Assembly: GCA_035402645.1 (NCBI GenBank)
Contig: DAONDQ010000005.1
Location: forward strand, 1-60,270
Source of the DNA: Candidatus Cloacimonadota bacterium
Lineage (GTDB): Bacteria > Cloacimonadota > Cloacimonadia > Cloacimonadales > DAONDQ01
Reading direction: 5' to 3'
Length of the DNA: 60,270 bases
The translations under genes were made by a program, and so were the position numbers. Each line of letters starts with the position of its first letter. Positions within the stretch are counted from its first letter, which is position 1. Shown here piece by piece: positions 21,676 to 30,962 of this stretch. The notes below the pieces were generated by a model. The model saw only the letters and a list, made by a program, of their open reading frames with translations, searched no databases and was not told the origin of the DNA.

Positions 21676-23547
21676 ATGCCTAATAATAAGTATTTCTTAA
21701 TGATCTATGGACCTCATGCTACAGAGATAATGAAAGATCATAGACATTTGTTTCATAATGATGAGAAGATCATTTCCGAAGACAATACTCAAATAGTTGT
21801 AAATAATATATATCCTACCGGGCTTCCTGATAGAATTGTTTGGCATGATAATTTAGGGCTCATTATGCATGGAATAGTTTTTCCCAAAGATGCAGGGATT
21901 GACGAGCTTGCAGCTAATCCTGACCAAGTTTTTGGTAACATGCTCAGAGAATATCGTGACAAACCTTATCTTATCCCATTTGCCATATTGAACGGTTCTT
22001 ACATAGGGGTTGTGATTGATAAGATAAACAGGAAAGTATTTGCTTTCACCAGTTTCCTTAATTCAATTCCCCTATACTATGCTTTGTTGTATGATACACT
22101 GATTCTATCAACAAGCTATTCAAAGATTTCCGCCTTGCTGGAGAAATCAATTGATCATGTGACTTATGGAATGATTGAGTATTATCAATTAGGAACGAAC
22201 ATATCGGCTTTAACGCCTATCGATGAAATTAAAACCGTTGCAAAAGGGGCTTATTTAGAGTTTGATGGATACAGGATCGTACATGATTTTTATTACAAGA
22301 TGCCCTTGAATGAAGAATCTCGCAGCTTTGATTCTTGGGTGGATGAGTTTGCATCCTTATGGGACAAGTCTATCAATGGTCTTCACAGTCATTTATTTAA
22401 ATATGGCTTGGGTTTGACCGGTGGTATTGATTCACGTGTGATCCTGGCTGGAATCAAGGAAAAAGAAGATGTACTCTATTTTACTGGTGCCCACAAAGAC
22501 AATCCGGATTACATTCTTGCTAAGAAAATTACGGCTTCATTAGGTCTCTCAGAACATCATATATTGGAAGATTATACGCAATCCAACTATTCCCAAGGGT
22601 ATCTTGATTATTTGGCAATTTCGGATAACCCAATTTATAATAATAAAGTGTATAATCTAGATCAACTGAAATTTCGCGCTGATCATCATCTGACTTTCGA
22701 ATTAATGGGTCTTACCGAATTCCTGGGTGGAGTGTACCATTATACTGACAGACGGAAAATCAGCAATATGATCAATATGAGCATGCCCTTAAGAATGCAC
22801 AAGTTAGACTCTAATTCACCGGATAGTTTCATGAATCTTGCATTTATGGGGCTAAGAAACACTATTTTGAATGATTTCCAGTCTTTACTTTCTTCAGAAC
22901 AAAACCTGGAGTATAAGAACAATCTTCAATCGGCGATTATGTTCCTGAATCAACAAATCAATTCTCATTCAACACTTGAAAATTATCTGGAGAGATTCAG
23001 GCATATTCACAAAATGGCAAATCTCTTGTCCTGGAACAGGATAAATGGTAGATCTTATGTAGAATTACTTTCTCCTTCCATGAATATTGACATGACTGAC
23101 CTCGCAGCACGAATACCTCTTAAGTACCGTGATAATCGTAGAATTCTGTTAGCATACCTGAAAAGGTATCATCAACGCTTAAGTAAGATCGTATTATCCG
23201 GTTATATCTTCTCGGCAAATGCTCCCTGGTGTCTGTATAAGGGGCTTTCACCTTATATCAAAGTGCTAAATCATTTAGGAGTCAACATTCCAATATTGCA
23301 ATGGTACATGAATCCAAATTCGAAGCAGAATTTCATAGATCAACGTCAGATCAGGAATATTCAGACCCATGTTGTAAACGAATCTGAGCTTATAAAGAGT
23401 TTTATACACGAATCCGAGGACGTGAATTCCATAAATAGTTTGAAATTGATGAGATTATGTAATCTTGCTTTGTTGGAAAAGCGTTTGAAAAGTGATGAAA
23501 CTACTTATCAAACCTATTTGCTAGAATTATATGCGATAATAAAATAG
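21676..23547 (+). CDS. Asparagine synthase-like (PP-loop) amide ligase
   Basis: GLGLTGGIDSR PP-loop variant; degenerate Ntn-like N-terminal half (NGSY, PLYY) without an N-terminal Cys. Confidence 0.65.
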   Translation: MPNNKYFLMIYGPHATEIMKDHRHLFHNDEKIISEDNTQIVVNNIYPTGLPDRIVWHDNLGLIMHGIVFPKDAGIDELAANPDQVFGNMLREYRDKPYLIPFAILNGSYIGVVIDKINRKVFAFTSFLNSIPLYYALLYDTLILSTSYSKISALLEKSIDHVTYGMIEYYQLGTNISALTPIDEIKTVAKGAYLEFDGYRIVHDFYYKMPLNEESRSFDSWVDEFASLWDKSINGLHSHLFKYGLGLTGGIDSRVILAGIKEKEDVLYFTGAHKDNPDYILAKKITASLGLSEHHILEDYTQSNYSQGYLDYLAISDNPIYNNKVYNLDQLKFRADHHLTFELMGLTEFLGGVYHYTDRRKISNMINMSMPLRMHKLDSNSPDSFMNLAFMGLRNTILNDFQSLLSSEQNLEYKNNLQSAIMFLNQQINSHSTLENYLERFRHIHKMANLLSWNRINGRSYVELLSPSMNIDMTDLAARIPLKYRDNRRILLAYLKRYHQRLSKIVLSGYIFSANAPWCLYKGLSPYIKVLNHLGVNIPILQWYMNPNSKQNFIDQRQIRNIQTHVVNESELIKSFIHESEDVNSINSLKLMRLCNLALLEKRLKSDETTYQTYLLELYAIIK

Positions 23548-23550
23548 CAA

Positions 23551-23576
23551 AAAGGACGTTCAATCGAACGTCCTTT
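23551..23576. terminator. Bidirectional intrinsic terminator
   Basis: AAAGGACGTTC-AATC-GAACGTCCTTT between convergent genes. Confidence 0.8.
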
Positions 23577-23589
23577 CTATATACTATGA

Positions 23590-24792
23590 TTATGAATTCA
23601 GTAATTCAACTGTATCTATAGCTATCATCAGTTCTTCATTGGTCGGAACCTTCAGAATCTTGACCTTTGATCCTTCTCCTGTGAGATTCAGGATTCCAGG
23701 AGCAAACTGGTCATTTTCCTTCTTATCCAGGATGATTCCCATCCAATCCAGATCATCGCATACCAGTTCACGAAGGATCGCCATATTCTCACCTACACCA
23801 CCTGTGAAGACTATCACATCCACACCGTTCATGGCTGCTGAATAAGAGCCGATATACTTCTTTATGCGATATGCATAGGTTTCAAATGCCTGGATTGCAA
23901 GAGGGTTCTTTCGTTCGAGGATCTCTTCCTCAATTTGACGCATGTCATTGGAAAGATGTGAAAGTCCAAGCATTCCGCTTTTCTTATTCAGGACAGTATT
24001 CACTTCATCGACACTCATACCCAGGTTCTGCTGCATATAAATTGGGATGGCAGGATCGAGATCACCGCAGCGTGTTCCCATCATCAAACCTTCAAGTGGT
24101 GTGAAACCCATGGATGTATCTACTGATTCACCATTTTTGATTGCGGTGATGGAAGCGCCATTTCCCAAATGGCAGGTAATGATCTTCAGGTTATGAATGT
24201 CCATGCCAAGGTATTCCGCGGCTTTACGGCTGACATATTTGTGGGATGTGCCATGGAATCCGTAACGGCGAATTTTTTTCTCTGTGTAGTAATCCAACGG
24301 AAGAGCATAGAGATATGCTCTTGAAGGCATGGTCTGATGGAATGCCGTATCGAAAGTACCACATTGAGGAATATTCGGCAGAATCTTCTTCACTGCTTCT
24401 ACACCCATGATATTGGCTGGATTATGTAAAGGAGCGAGACTGATGCATTCCTTCATAACGCGAATCACTTCGTTATTGATAATGACGGAATTGGAATAAT
24501 GCTCACCCGCATGAACCAGTCTATGACCAACCGCATCGATCTCATCGAAGTTTTTGATCACGCCATGCATCGGATCTATCAAAGATTCAAGAATGAGCTG
24601 CATACCCTTTTCATGGTCTTCGATCACCATTTCACGTTTCTTTTTCGTATATACTTCACTCTTGTATGTAAAGAGGGAAATATCTTCACCAATGCATTCA
24701 ACGATACCATCGGCAAGAACGGTCTGGGTTTCCATCTGGATAAATTGGAATTTAATGGACGAACTTCCGCAATTAAGAACGAGGATATCCAT
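23590..24792 (-). CDS. ackA: Acetate kinase
   Basis: LVLNCGSSSIK, GHRLVH, APLHNP, FDTAFH, RYGFHGTSH, HLGNG, GVGEN, TNEE motifs. Confidence 0.97.
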   Translation of the reverse strand: MDILVLNCGSSSIKFQFIQMETQTVLADGIVECIGEDISLFTYKSEVYTKKKREMVIEDHEKGMQLILESLIDPMHGVIKNFDEIDAVGHRLVHAGEHYSNSVIINNEVIRVMKECISLAPLHNPANIMGVEAVKKILPNIPQCGTFDTAFHQTMPSRAYLYALPLDYYTEKKIRRYGFHGTSHKYVSRKAAEYLGMDIHNLKIITCHLGNGASITAIKNGESVDTSMGFTPLEGLMMGTRCGDLDPAIPIYMQQNLGMSVDEVNTVLNKKSGMLGLSHLSNDMRQIEEEILERKNPLAIQAFETYAYRIKKYIGSYSAAMNGVDVIVFTGGVGENMAILRELVCDDLDWMGIILDKKENDQFAPGILNLTGEGSKVKILKVPTNEELMIAIDTVELLNS

Positions 24793-24928
24793 GTTTTCTC
24801 CTTCAAAGATATATATTTATGAAGACTGATTGATTGAATCTGATTTTCCTGTCCAGAAAAACAATATGGTTGGATAGTCTTGTTTGTCTATGCTGCCATT
24901 CCGCAAAAGACTGAAAGGCTATGCTATT

Positions 24929-25004
24929 AGTCCGTAGGACGTTATCACTTAGCCCAGGAATTCATTCCTGGGACGATTGACAAAGATAGGGAGTCCAGCG
25001 GACG
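24929..25004. repeat. REP-like palindromic element at left flank of island
   Basis: AGTCCGTAGGACG ... CCCAGGAAT-TC-ATTCCTGGG ... AGTCCAGCGGACG; layout resembles repeats found with IS200-like/RAYT tyrosine transposases (from memory). Confidence 0.5.
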
Positions 25005-25099
25005 ATACTCTCGTTGAAAATTATAAAGAATCCATTCGAACAAGGTATCTATGATCAAGTCAGACATAGAGTATCGCTTTAGACAAATTAATTAATTAA

Positions 25100-25141
25100 T
25101 TATAACATAGATATAGATATATATCTATATCTATGTTATAA
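25100..25141. repeat. Perfect 42-bp AT-rich palindrome
   Basis: TTATAACATAGATATAGATAT|ATATCTATATCTATGTTATAA with no loop; preceded by (AATT)4. Confidence 0.95.
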
Positions 25142-25335
25142 AGTATGTTAAGGTTGTTCTCAAATTGGAAACCTTGTTACAATCTTGGAAATAATAATCT
25201 TTTTTCTTGCTTTGTTTTCGCATTTGTCTATTTTGTCTTCATAGTATGAAAATATCATCCTATATAAGTTTGTTTAGTTTAACGTCAATGAATTAGTGGG
25301 GGGAATCATGGAGATATTGAGAAAAGTGAGTAGGG

Positions 25336-25647
25336 ATGAAAATACTCGGAAATTGTGTTCTAGATCAATTTGTACAACAGCATCCTGATGCAGAGAATGC
25401 AGTAAAAGCACTCCTAAAGGAAGTTTTGGATGCTCTATGGCAAAATCCCAATGAACTAAAAGCAATGTATGGGAATGCGAGCATTCTTAGTGATGGTTGC
25501 GTTATATTCAACATTTGTGGAAACAAATACAGAGCTGTTGTAAAAATAGACTATCAAAGTCAAATTCTGCGCATAAGATGGGCAGGAACACACAAGGATT
25601 ACGATAAACTGGATATTAGAGGTACAAAATGTTTGAGCTCAAAATAA
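25336..25647 (+). CDS. higB: Type II TA toxin HigB (RelE superfamily)
   Basis: W..P.ELK..Y..AS, IFNICGNKYR, IRWAGTHKDYDK motifs. Confidence 0.88.
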   Translation: MKILGNCVLDQFVQQHPDAENAVKALLKEVLDALWQNPNELKAMYGNASILSDGCVIFNICGNKYRAVVKIDYQSQILRIRWAGTHKDYDKLDIRGTKCLSSK

Positions 25648-26840
25648 TCAAGACAGACGATGACTACAAAAGTGCATTAAAACGCCTTGATGAGCTTATG
25701 GATCAAGATGAGCTTTCCACAAAGGAAAGAGATAAAATGGAATTGATAGCTCATCTCATTAGCGAATATGAGGAAGAAAAGTACCCAATATCACTACCAT
25801 CTCCCATTGCTGCCATCGAATTTCGCATGGATCAAATGGGATTCAAGCAAAAAGACTTGGTTCCATACATTGGCAGTAAAAGCCGAGTCTCTGACGTGTT
25901 AAGTGGGAAACGTCCCTTAACCTTGGAAATGATTAAAGCATTGCACACTGGGCTTAATATCCCTCTGGAATCACTGATGAATGATGAAGAAATCATGTAT
26001 AAGGAAGGAGATGAAGATATCGATTGGGATAAATTCCCAATCAAGGCAATGTACGAACAAAAGCAAGCGTATTTCCCGAATATCAAAGCTTCATACGATG
26101 AGATCAAAGGCAAATTTGTTTACTACTTTAGGCATATGATTGATCCCTTGCGAAACATGGGCATGAATTATGGATATCTCCGTCAGAATGTTCGTATGGG
26201 AGGTAAGACAGATAAATATGCCTTGGCAGCTTGGATAGCAGCTTGTTATTACAAAGCAGATCAGGAAGAATTACCTTATTCATATGATAACAACAAATTC
26301 GATTTGATTGTAAACCAACTTCGAGCAATCAGCGTGTTGGATGAAGGACCTCTTCAGGCTGTCAATTTCCTGAATAAGGTTGGTATACATGTTATCACTC
26401 TTCGTCATCTTCCCAAGACACATCTCGATGGAGCTACCTTCGTCGGAAAAGACAAGAATCCTGTCATTGCTCTGACTTTGAGATATGATCGTATTGATTA
26501 TTTTTGGTTTACCCTATTTCATGAATTAGGTCATATCCATTATCACCTTTTTGATGATAGTGATGAAACGTACTTCGTGGATGACTTATCAATCAAGACT
26601 AGCGATTCACTTGAAGAGGAAGCAGATTCATTCGCTGCGGATAATCTAATATCAGATGATGAGCTTGATGAAAAGGGTCTCTTTATAGACTGTTCACCCG
26701 AAAAGGTTAAGGAAATAGCCAACCAAATGTACATACATCCTGCAATCATAGCAGGTAGATTGAGACATCACTTCGACAATTTCTATATCCTGTCAAACCT
26801 GATAGGAAATGGAGAAGTAAGGAAATTGTTTGAATATTAA
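25629..26840 (+). CDS. higA: HigA antitoxin HTH fused to ImmA/IrrE (M78) metallopeptidase
   Basis: IIKT..DY..AL, QKDLVPYIGSKSRVSDVLSGKRPLT (XRE HTH), FWFTLFHELGH (HExxH), EEEADSFA motifs. Confidence 0.88.
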   Translation: MFELKIIKTDDDYKSALKRLDELMDQDELSTKERDKMELIAHLISEYEEEKYPISLPSPIAAIEFRMDQMGFKQKDLVPYIGSKSRVSDVLSGKRPLTLEMIKALHTGLNIPLESLMNDEEIMYKEGDEDIDWDKFPIKAMYEQKQAYFPNIKASYDEIKGKFVYYFRHMIDPLRNMGMNYGYLRQNVRMGGKTDKYALAAWIAACYYKADQEELPYSYDNNKFDLIVNQLRAISVLDEGPLQAVNFLNKVGIHVITLRHLPKTHLDGATFVGKDKNPVIALTLRYDRIDYFWFTLFHELGHIHYHLFDDSDETYFVDDLSIKTSDSLEEEADSFAADNLISDDELDEKGLFIDCSPEKVKEIANQMYIHPAIIAGRLRHHFDNFYILSNLIGNGEVRKLFEY

Positions 26841-26846
26841 ATAAAA

Positions 26847-26978
26847 GACCGCTTCCAAGCGAGGCTTGCAAACGGTCAGTGACTTTATAAAAGTCTGAGT
26901 AACTAAAGATATGATAATGTCACTGACTTTTTAGTCAAGATTTTACTTCTTAACTAAAACAGACCTTGCTTGGAGCGG
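26847..26978. other. Structured intergenic element (candidate sRNA / operator pair / RNA switch)
   Basis: Hairpin 26847-26877; palindromic GTCA-N-TGAC at 26875 and 26919; inverted repeat 26929-26959; 26849-26864 complementary to 26964-26978. Confidence 0.5.
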
Positions 26979-27001
26979 ATTACTAAAAAGGAGGTATCAA
27001 T

Positions 27002-27223
27002 ATGGTACCTAAACTGAAAGTGATCGATGAAAGCCCAACGGGTCTGAATCGGGAGTTCGAATATACTCCCACAGGGGAACATCTTACTCGTGGACAAGTT
27101 GCCGATCTGATTGACCGGGGGAAGATTCCTGGTTATCACAACATGCATGTAGAAAGAGATGGTAGAACGTATCGTATTCCCCGTTCAAACCCTGATTCGT
27201 CAACAAAGAACAATCTTGATTAA
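27002..27223 (+). CDS. Small protein, DUF3892-like
   Basis: Strong RBS AGGAGG; C-terminal RSNPD....NNL motif recalled as typical of DUF3892. Confidence 0.65.
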   Translation: MVPKLKVIDESPTGLNREFEYTPTGEHLTRGQVADLIDRGKIPGYHNMHVERDGRTYRIPRSNPDSSTKNNLD

Positions 27224-27234
27224 GGAGAAAACAG

Positions 27235-27363
27235 ATGGCAAAAACAGCAGCAAAGCCCCCCGCAACTGTGAATCGTAACGCTAAAGATGGTCGATTTGTC
27301 ACCGACAAATATACTAAGCACCATCCTGCAACGACAGTCACAGAAACTATCAAAAAGAAATAG
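27235..27363 (+). CDS. 42-aa basic microprotein absent from the ORF track (MAKTAAKPPATVNRNAKDGRFVTDKYTKHHPATTVTETIKKK)
   Basis: RBS AGGAGA, ATG27235, TAG27361; R.AKDGRFV...P.TTV.E.I pattern resembles a widespread small-protein family; hairpin follows. Confidence 0.7.
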   Translation: MAKTAAKPPATVNRNAKDGRFVTDKYTKHHPATTVTETIKKK

Positions 27364-27377
27364 TAAACTACACGAAA

Positions 27378-27402
27378 TGGAGGGTAGTTCCCCTGCCCTC
27401 CA
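27378..27402 (+). terminator. GC-rich hairpin between microproteins and hsdR
   Basis: TGGAGGGTAG-TTCCC-CTGCCCTCCA; no good U-tract, so it may be a leaky terminator or stabiliser. Confidence 0.45.
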
Positions 27403-27420
27403 AATATTATGGTGGTATTT

Positions 27421-29781
27421 ATGCTTTTTAGAGATGAACATCTTACAAGAAGAGATTTAATTGATCCTATCATTATGCGTCGTGGGTGGACAGCCGACCT
27501 GATTAAGATTGAAAAGACTCCTGGTGGTGTTGATATCGTTGATGGGAAACCTATTAAACGCAAAGGACGCTGTGATTATCTTCTTTGTCTGCCGATCAAG
27601 GATGGTAAATCGCCACTGCCTGTTGCAATCCTGGAAGCTAAGAAAGAGTCTTTGCATGCAAGTATGGGACTTGCCCAAGCAAAGAAATACTGCCAACAAT
27701 TTCATGTGCCTTTCGCATTTTCCACTAATGGTCATTTATTTGTGGAATATGCCGAAGATACAGATATGATAACTAATGAAAGACCATTAATCGAGATGCC
27801 CAATCCAGATGAATTACGTCATCGGTATGAAACATATAAGCAAATCAAACTTGAATCATCTGCGTCTGATGCATTATTTTCCAGTTACAAGGGCGGTGAG
27901 GGCGTAAGAAGATATTATCAGGATGCTGCGATCCGTGCAACCCTTGAGAAAATTGCACAAGGTGAAAAGCGATGCTTGTTATCCTTAGCAACAGGAACAG
28001 GCAAAACAGTGATAGCCAAACAACTGCTTTATAAAATCGCTTTATCAGGACAATTAACCAAAGCACTGTTTTTATGTGACAGAGATGAGCTACGCACCAA
28101 TGGCATCGGTCACATGAATGATGTATTTGGAGATGATGCTCAAATCGTAGATACATCTAATCCTCATCCTAATGCCAGAGTTTTAGTTGCAACATATCAG
28201 ACTTTGAATGTATCCGATGAAGATTCCACACCGGTATTTTGGAAAGAGAACTTCCCTCCAAACTATTTCAGTCATATCATTATTGATGAATGTCACCGTA
28301 GTGCCTGGAGTCGTTGGAGCGTTGTGCTTACCGATAATCCAAACGCTGTGCAAATTGGTTTGACCGCTACACCAAGAATTGTTGTTGGCGGGAAATCAAA
28401 TACACCCGAGTTTCAGGAAGATGCTGAAATCACAGCGAATAACGTTAAGTATTTCGGAGAACCAGCTTACGAATATACGATTTCACAAGGTCAAAACGAT
28501 GGTTATTTGGCTGCCTGTGAAGTTATCCGTCGCAGTGTGGATTTAGATAAAAAAGGACTCGTTCGTGAAGATATACAGGAATTATCCGTAGTTGATGTAT
28601 TTACCGGTAAAAAAGTCAATCCTTCTGAGATCGATGAAGCTTATACTGCAGAACGTTTTGATGTAGATTTATTACTGGAAGATCGTATGAATGCCATGTC
28701 ACAGGATTTGTTTGATTTGTTCCTGGATACTGGTGGTCCTCATCAGAAAACTATCATATTCTGTGCCAGTGAATACCATGCGGAACAAATTGCAATCAAA
28801 TTACAAAATATATATACACAGTGGTGCCACGATAATCTACGTACACCGCATAAGAATTATGCCTTCAAATGCACTTCCGGCAATACAGGTGACAAAGCAA
28901 AATCACTGATTCCGGAACTACGTGGTGCAATCATGTCCCATTATATTGCTACAACTGTGGATTTATTATCTACAGGTGTTGATATTCCCAATCTGCAGAA
29001 CGTTGTATTTTTCAAGTACATTAAATCACCTATCCTCTTTTATCAGATGGTGGGACGTGGAACACGTACAGGTAATCCGATTGGCTCTAAAATGATGTTT
29101 CGTCTCTACGATTATACCAATGCGACTCGTCTGTTTGGGGAAGAATTTGTGAGCAGAGCAACCCCAACAAAACCTGATGATGATATGCCAATTCAACTTA
29201 AGCAGATAAAAAAGATTAAAGTACTTGAGAATGAATTCGAAATCCAGATTCAAAACGAGGGAAAATCTATTCTCTGCAATGAAGATGGTATTGATACACT
29301 GATTCCTTATGAAGAATATAAAAAACGTCTTAGTAATCGACTCATCGAAGAGGTATCTTCAGTAGATGAGTTACGTAGTCATTGGGTCGTATATAATAAG
29401 CGTCGAGCATTACTAGACAGTTTGCCGGGAGGAGAGTCTGCCATTCGTCTGATTCGGGAACTGGAAGATGAACAGGAATGTGATCTCTACGATGTCTTGG
29501 CTGAGGTAGGATTTGGTTATGAGCCAAAATCAAGAGCAGAACGAGCTTCTGCTTTTGGTTATCAAAATAAGGATTGGCTTATAAAGTATCCTGAAAATAC
29601 AAGAAAAGTACTTGAGGCAATTGCTAAACAATTTGAACATGGCGGTATTGATGAATTGGAAAGCGATTCACTCTTTGATGTGCAGGAAATCAAAGCAAAT
29701 GGCGGTTTTACTTCATTATTGAGATTACCAATGCAACCAAATGAACTAATCAATGAAACAAAAATAAGGCTGTTGAGATGA
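27421..29781 (+). CDS. hsdR: Type I restriction enzyme R subunit (EcoEI-like)
   Basis: DY....LEAKK nuclease motif, ATGTGKT, DECH, GLTATP, QMVGRGTR; start 27409 or 27421. Confidence 0.92.
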   Translation: MLFRDEHLTRRDLIDPIIMRRGWTADLIKIEKTPGGVDIVDGKPIKRKGRCDYLLCLPIKDGKSPLPVAILEAKKESLHASMGLAQAKKYCQQFHVPFAFSTNGHLFVEYAEDTDMITNERPLIEMPNPDELRHRYETYKQIKLESSASDALFSSYKGGEGVRRYYQDAAIRATLEKIAQGEKRCLLSLATGTGKTVIAKQLLYKIALSGQLTKALFLCDRDELRTNGIGHMNDVFGDDAQIVDTSNPHPNARVLVATYQTLNVSDEDSTPVFWKENFPPNYFSHIIIDECHRSAWSRWSVVLTDNPNAVQIGLTATPRIVVGGKSNTPEFQEDAEITANNVKYFGEPAYEYTISQGQNDGYLAACEVIRRSVDLDKKGLVREDIQELSVVDVFTGKKVNPSEIDEAYTAERFDVDLLLEDRMNAMSQDLFDLFLDTGGPHQKTIIFCASEYHAEQIAIKLQNIYTQWCHDNLRTPHKNYAFKCTSGNTGDKAKSLIPELRGAIMSHYIATTVDLLSTGVDIPNLQNVVFFKYIKSPILFYQMVGRGTRTGNPIGSKMMFRLYDYTNATRLFGEEFVSRATPTKPDDDMPIQLKQIKKIKVLENEFEIQIQNEGKSILCNEDGIDTLIPYEEYKKRLSNRLIEEVSSVDELRSHWVVYNKRRALLDSLPGGESAIRLIRELEDEQECDLYDVLAEVGFGYEPKSRAERASAFGYQNKDWLIKYPENTRKVLEAIAKQFEHGGIDELESDSLFDVQEIKANGGFTSLLRLPMQPNELINETKIRLLR

Positions 29782-30962
29782 AACAAGTAAAACTAGGTAA
29801 TAAAGAGTATTTTACAATCATAATTGGTCAATCGCCCCCCAGTGATTCTTATAATAAACATGGCGATGGACTACCCTTCTTCCAAGGTAAAGCTGACTTT
29901 GGATTATTGAATCCTATCCCAACAGTATGGTGTAATGCACCTTCTCGTATTGCAGAAACTGGAGATATACTTCTTTCAGTAAGAGCACCTGTTGGACCTT
30001 TGAATATTGCATCTGAAACTTCATGTATTGGCAGGGGACTTGCTGCCATTCGGACAACAGACAAAGCATATTCAAAATATGTTTATTGGGTATTGAGGAA
30101 CTTCGAAACAACTATAGCTAAAGATGGTAGCGGGTCTATGTTTAACTCAATTACGAAAGAACAAGTATATAATATCAGGATTCCTCTTCCCGATACTTAT
30201 GAAGAACAAGTGGCAATCGCTAACAAGTTAGATGCAAAGCTTGCTCAAGTTGATCAAATAAGCCAAGCGATTCTTAAACAAAATGAGGCTACTCAAAACC
30301 TACACATGTCTATGTTACTGGAAGTATTTCCTCAGGAGTATTGTGATCAGGTCGAAGACGGATTGAAATTTACCAAAACTTCCTCATTGAAAAGTTTGTG
30401 CTTAGAAATTGCAGGTGGAGGTACACCTGATACAACTAATTTAGAATATTGGACAGGTACAGTTCCGTGGATTTCAAGTGCGGATATCTTGGATATACAT
30501 ACGATAACTCCACGAAGATTTATTACTCAGAAAGCAATTGAAGATTCGGCAACTCATTTGGTGCCCAAAGGTAGTATTATCTTTGTTACAAGGGTGGGAG
30601 TAGGAAAAATCTGTATTGCTCCATTTGATTTATGTTTCAGTCAGGATTCTCATGGCTTGATACTTGATCCTAAAAAAGTAAATGTTGAATATCTTCTCTT
30701 ATATCTTTTATCGATCATGCCTTCAATCAAAGATTCGATGCAAGGATCAACGGTAAAGGGTATAACTCGTGATATGTTAGAATCATTAATCATACCACTA
30801 CCGGAAACATATCAAGACCAAATCTCATTAGCAAATCAACTTTATTTGAAACTAGCTCAAATTGAGCAAATGCTCAAAGCAAATGAACTACAATTAAGTG
30901 CTTCAAATGCATTACCTTCTACTATTCTCAAGGAAGAATTTAATTTTCTAAAGGAACAATAA
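29778..30962 (+). CDS. hsdS: Type I RM specificity subunit
   Basis: Two TRDs each followed by a IPLP(D/E)TY..Q..(I/L)AN.L..KLAQ helix. Confidence 0.9.
   Translation: MKQVKLGNKEYFTIIIGQSPPSDSYNKHGDGLPFFQGKADFGLLNPIPTVWCNAPSRIAETGDILLSVRAPVGPLNIASETSCIGRGLAAIRTTDKAYSKYVYWVLRNFETTIAKDGSGSMFNSITKEQVYNIRIPLPDTYEEQVAIANKLDAKLAQVDQISQAILKQNEATQNLHMSMLLEVFPQEYCDQVEDGLKFTKTSSLKSLCLEIAGGGTPDTTNLEYWTGTVPWISSADILDIHTITPRRFITQKAIEDSATHLVPKGSIIFVTRVGVGKICIAPFDLCFSQDSHGLILDPKKVNVEYLLLYLLSIMPSIKDSMQGSTVKGITRDMLESLIIPLPETYQDQISLANQLYLKLAQIEQMLKANELQLSASNALPSTILKEEFNFLKEQ

Noticed and set aside
25100..25141. Protelomerase (telRL-like) target
   Set aside because: No protelomerase or phage genes in the window; kept only as an unexplained palindrome
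26847..26978. Retron msr-msd (flanking inverted repeats)
   Set aside because: No reverse transcriptase in the window and no long msd hairpin
29778..30962. Phase-variable or shuffling hsdS
   Set aside because: No simple-sequence tract, second hsdS, recombinase or inverted repeats seen
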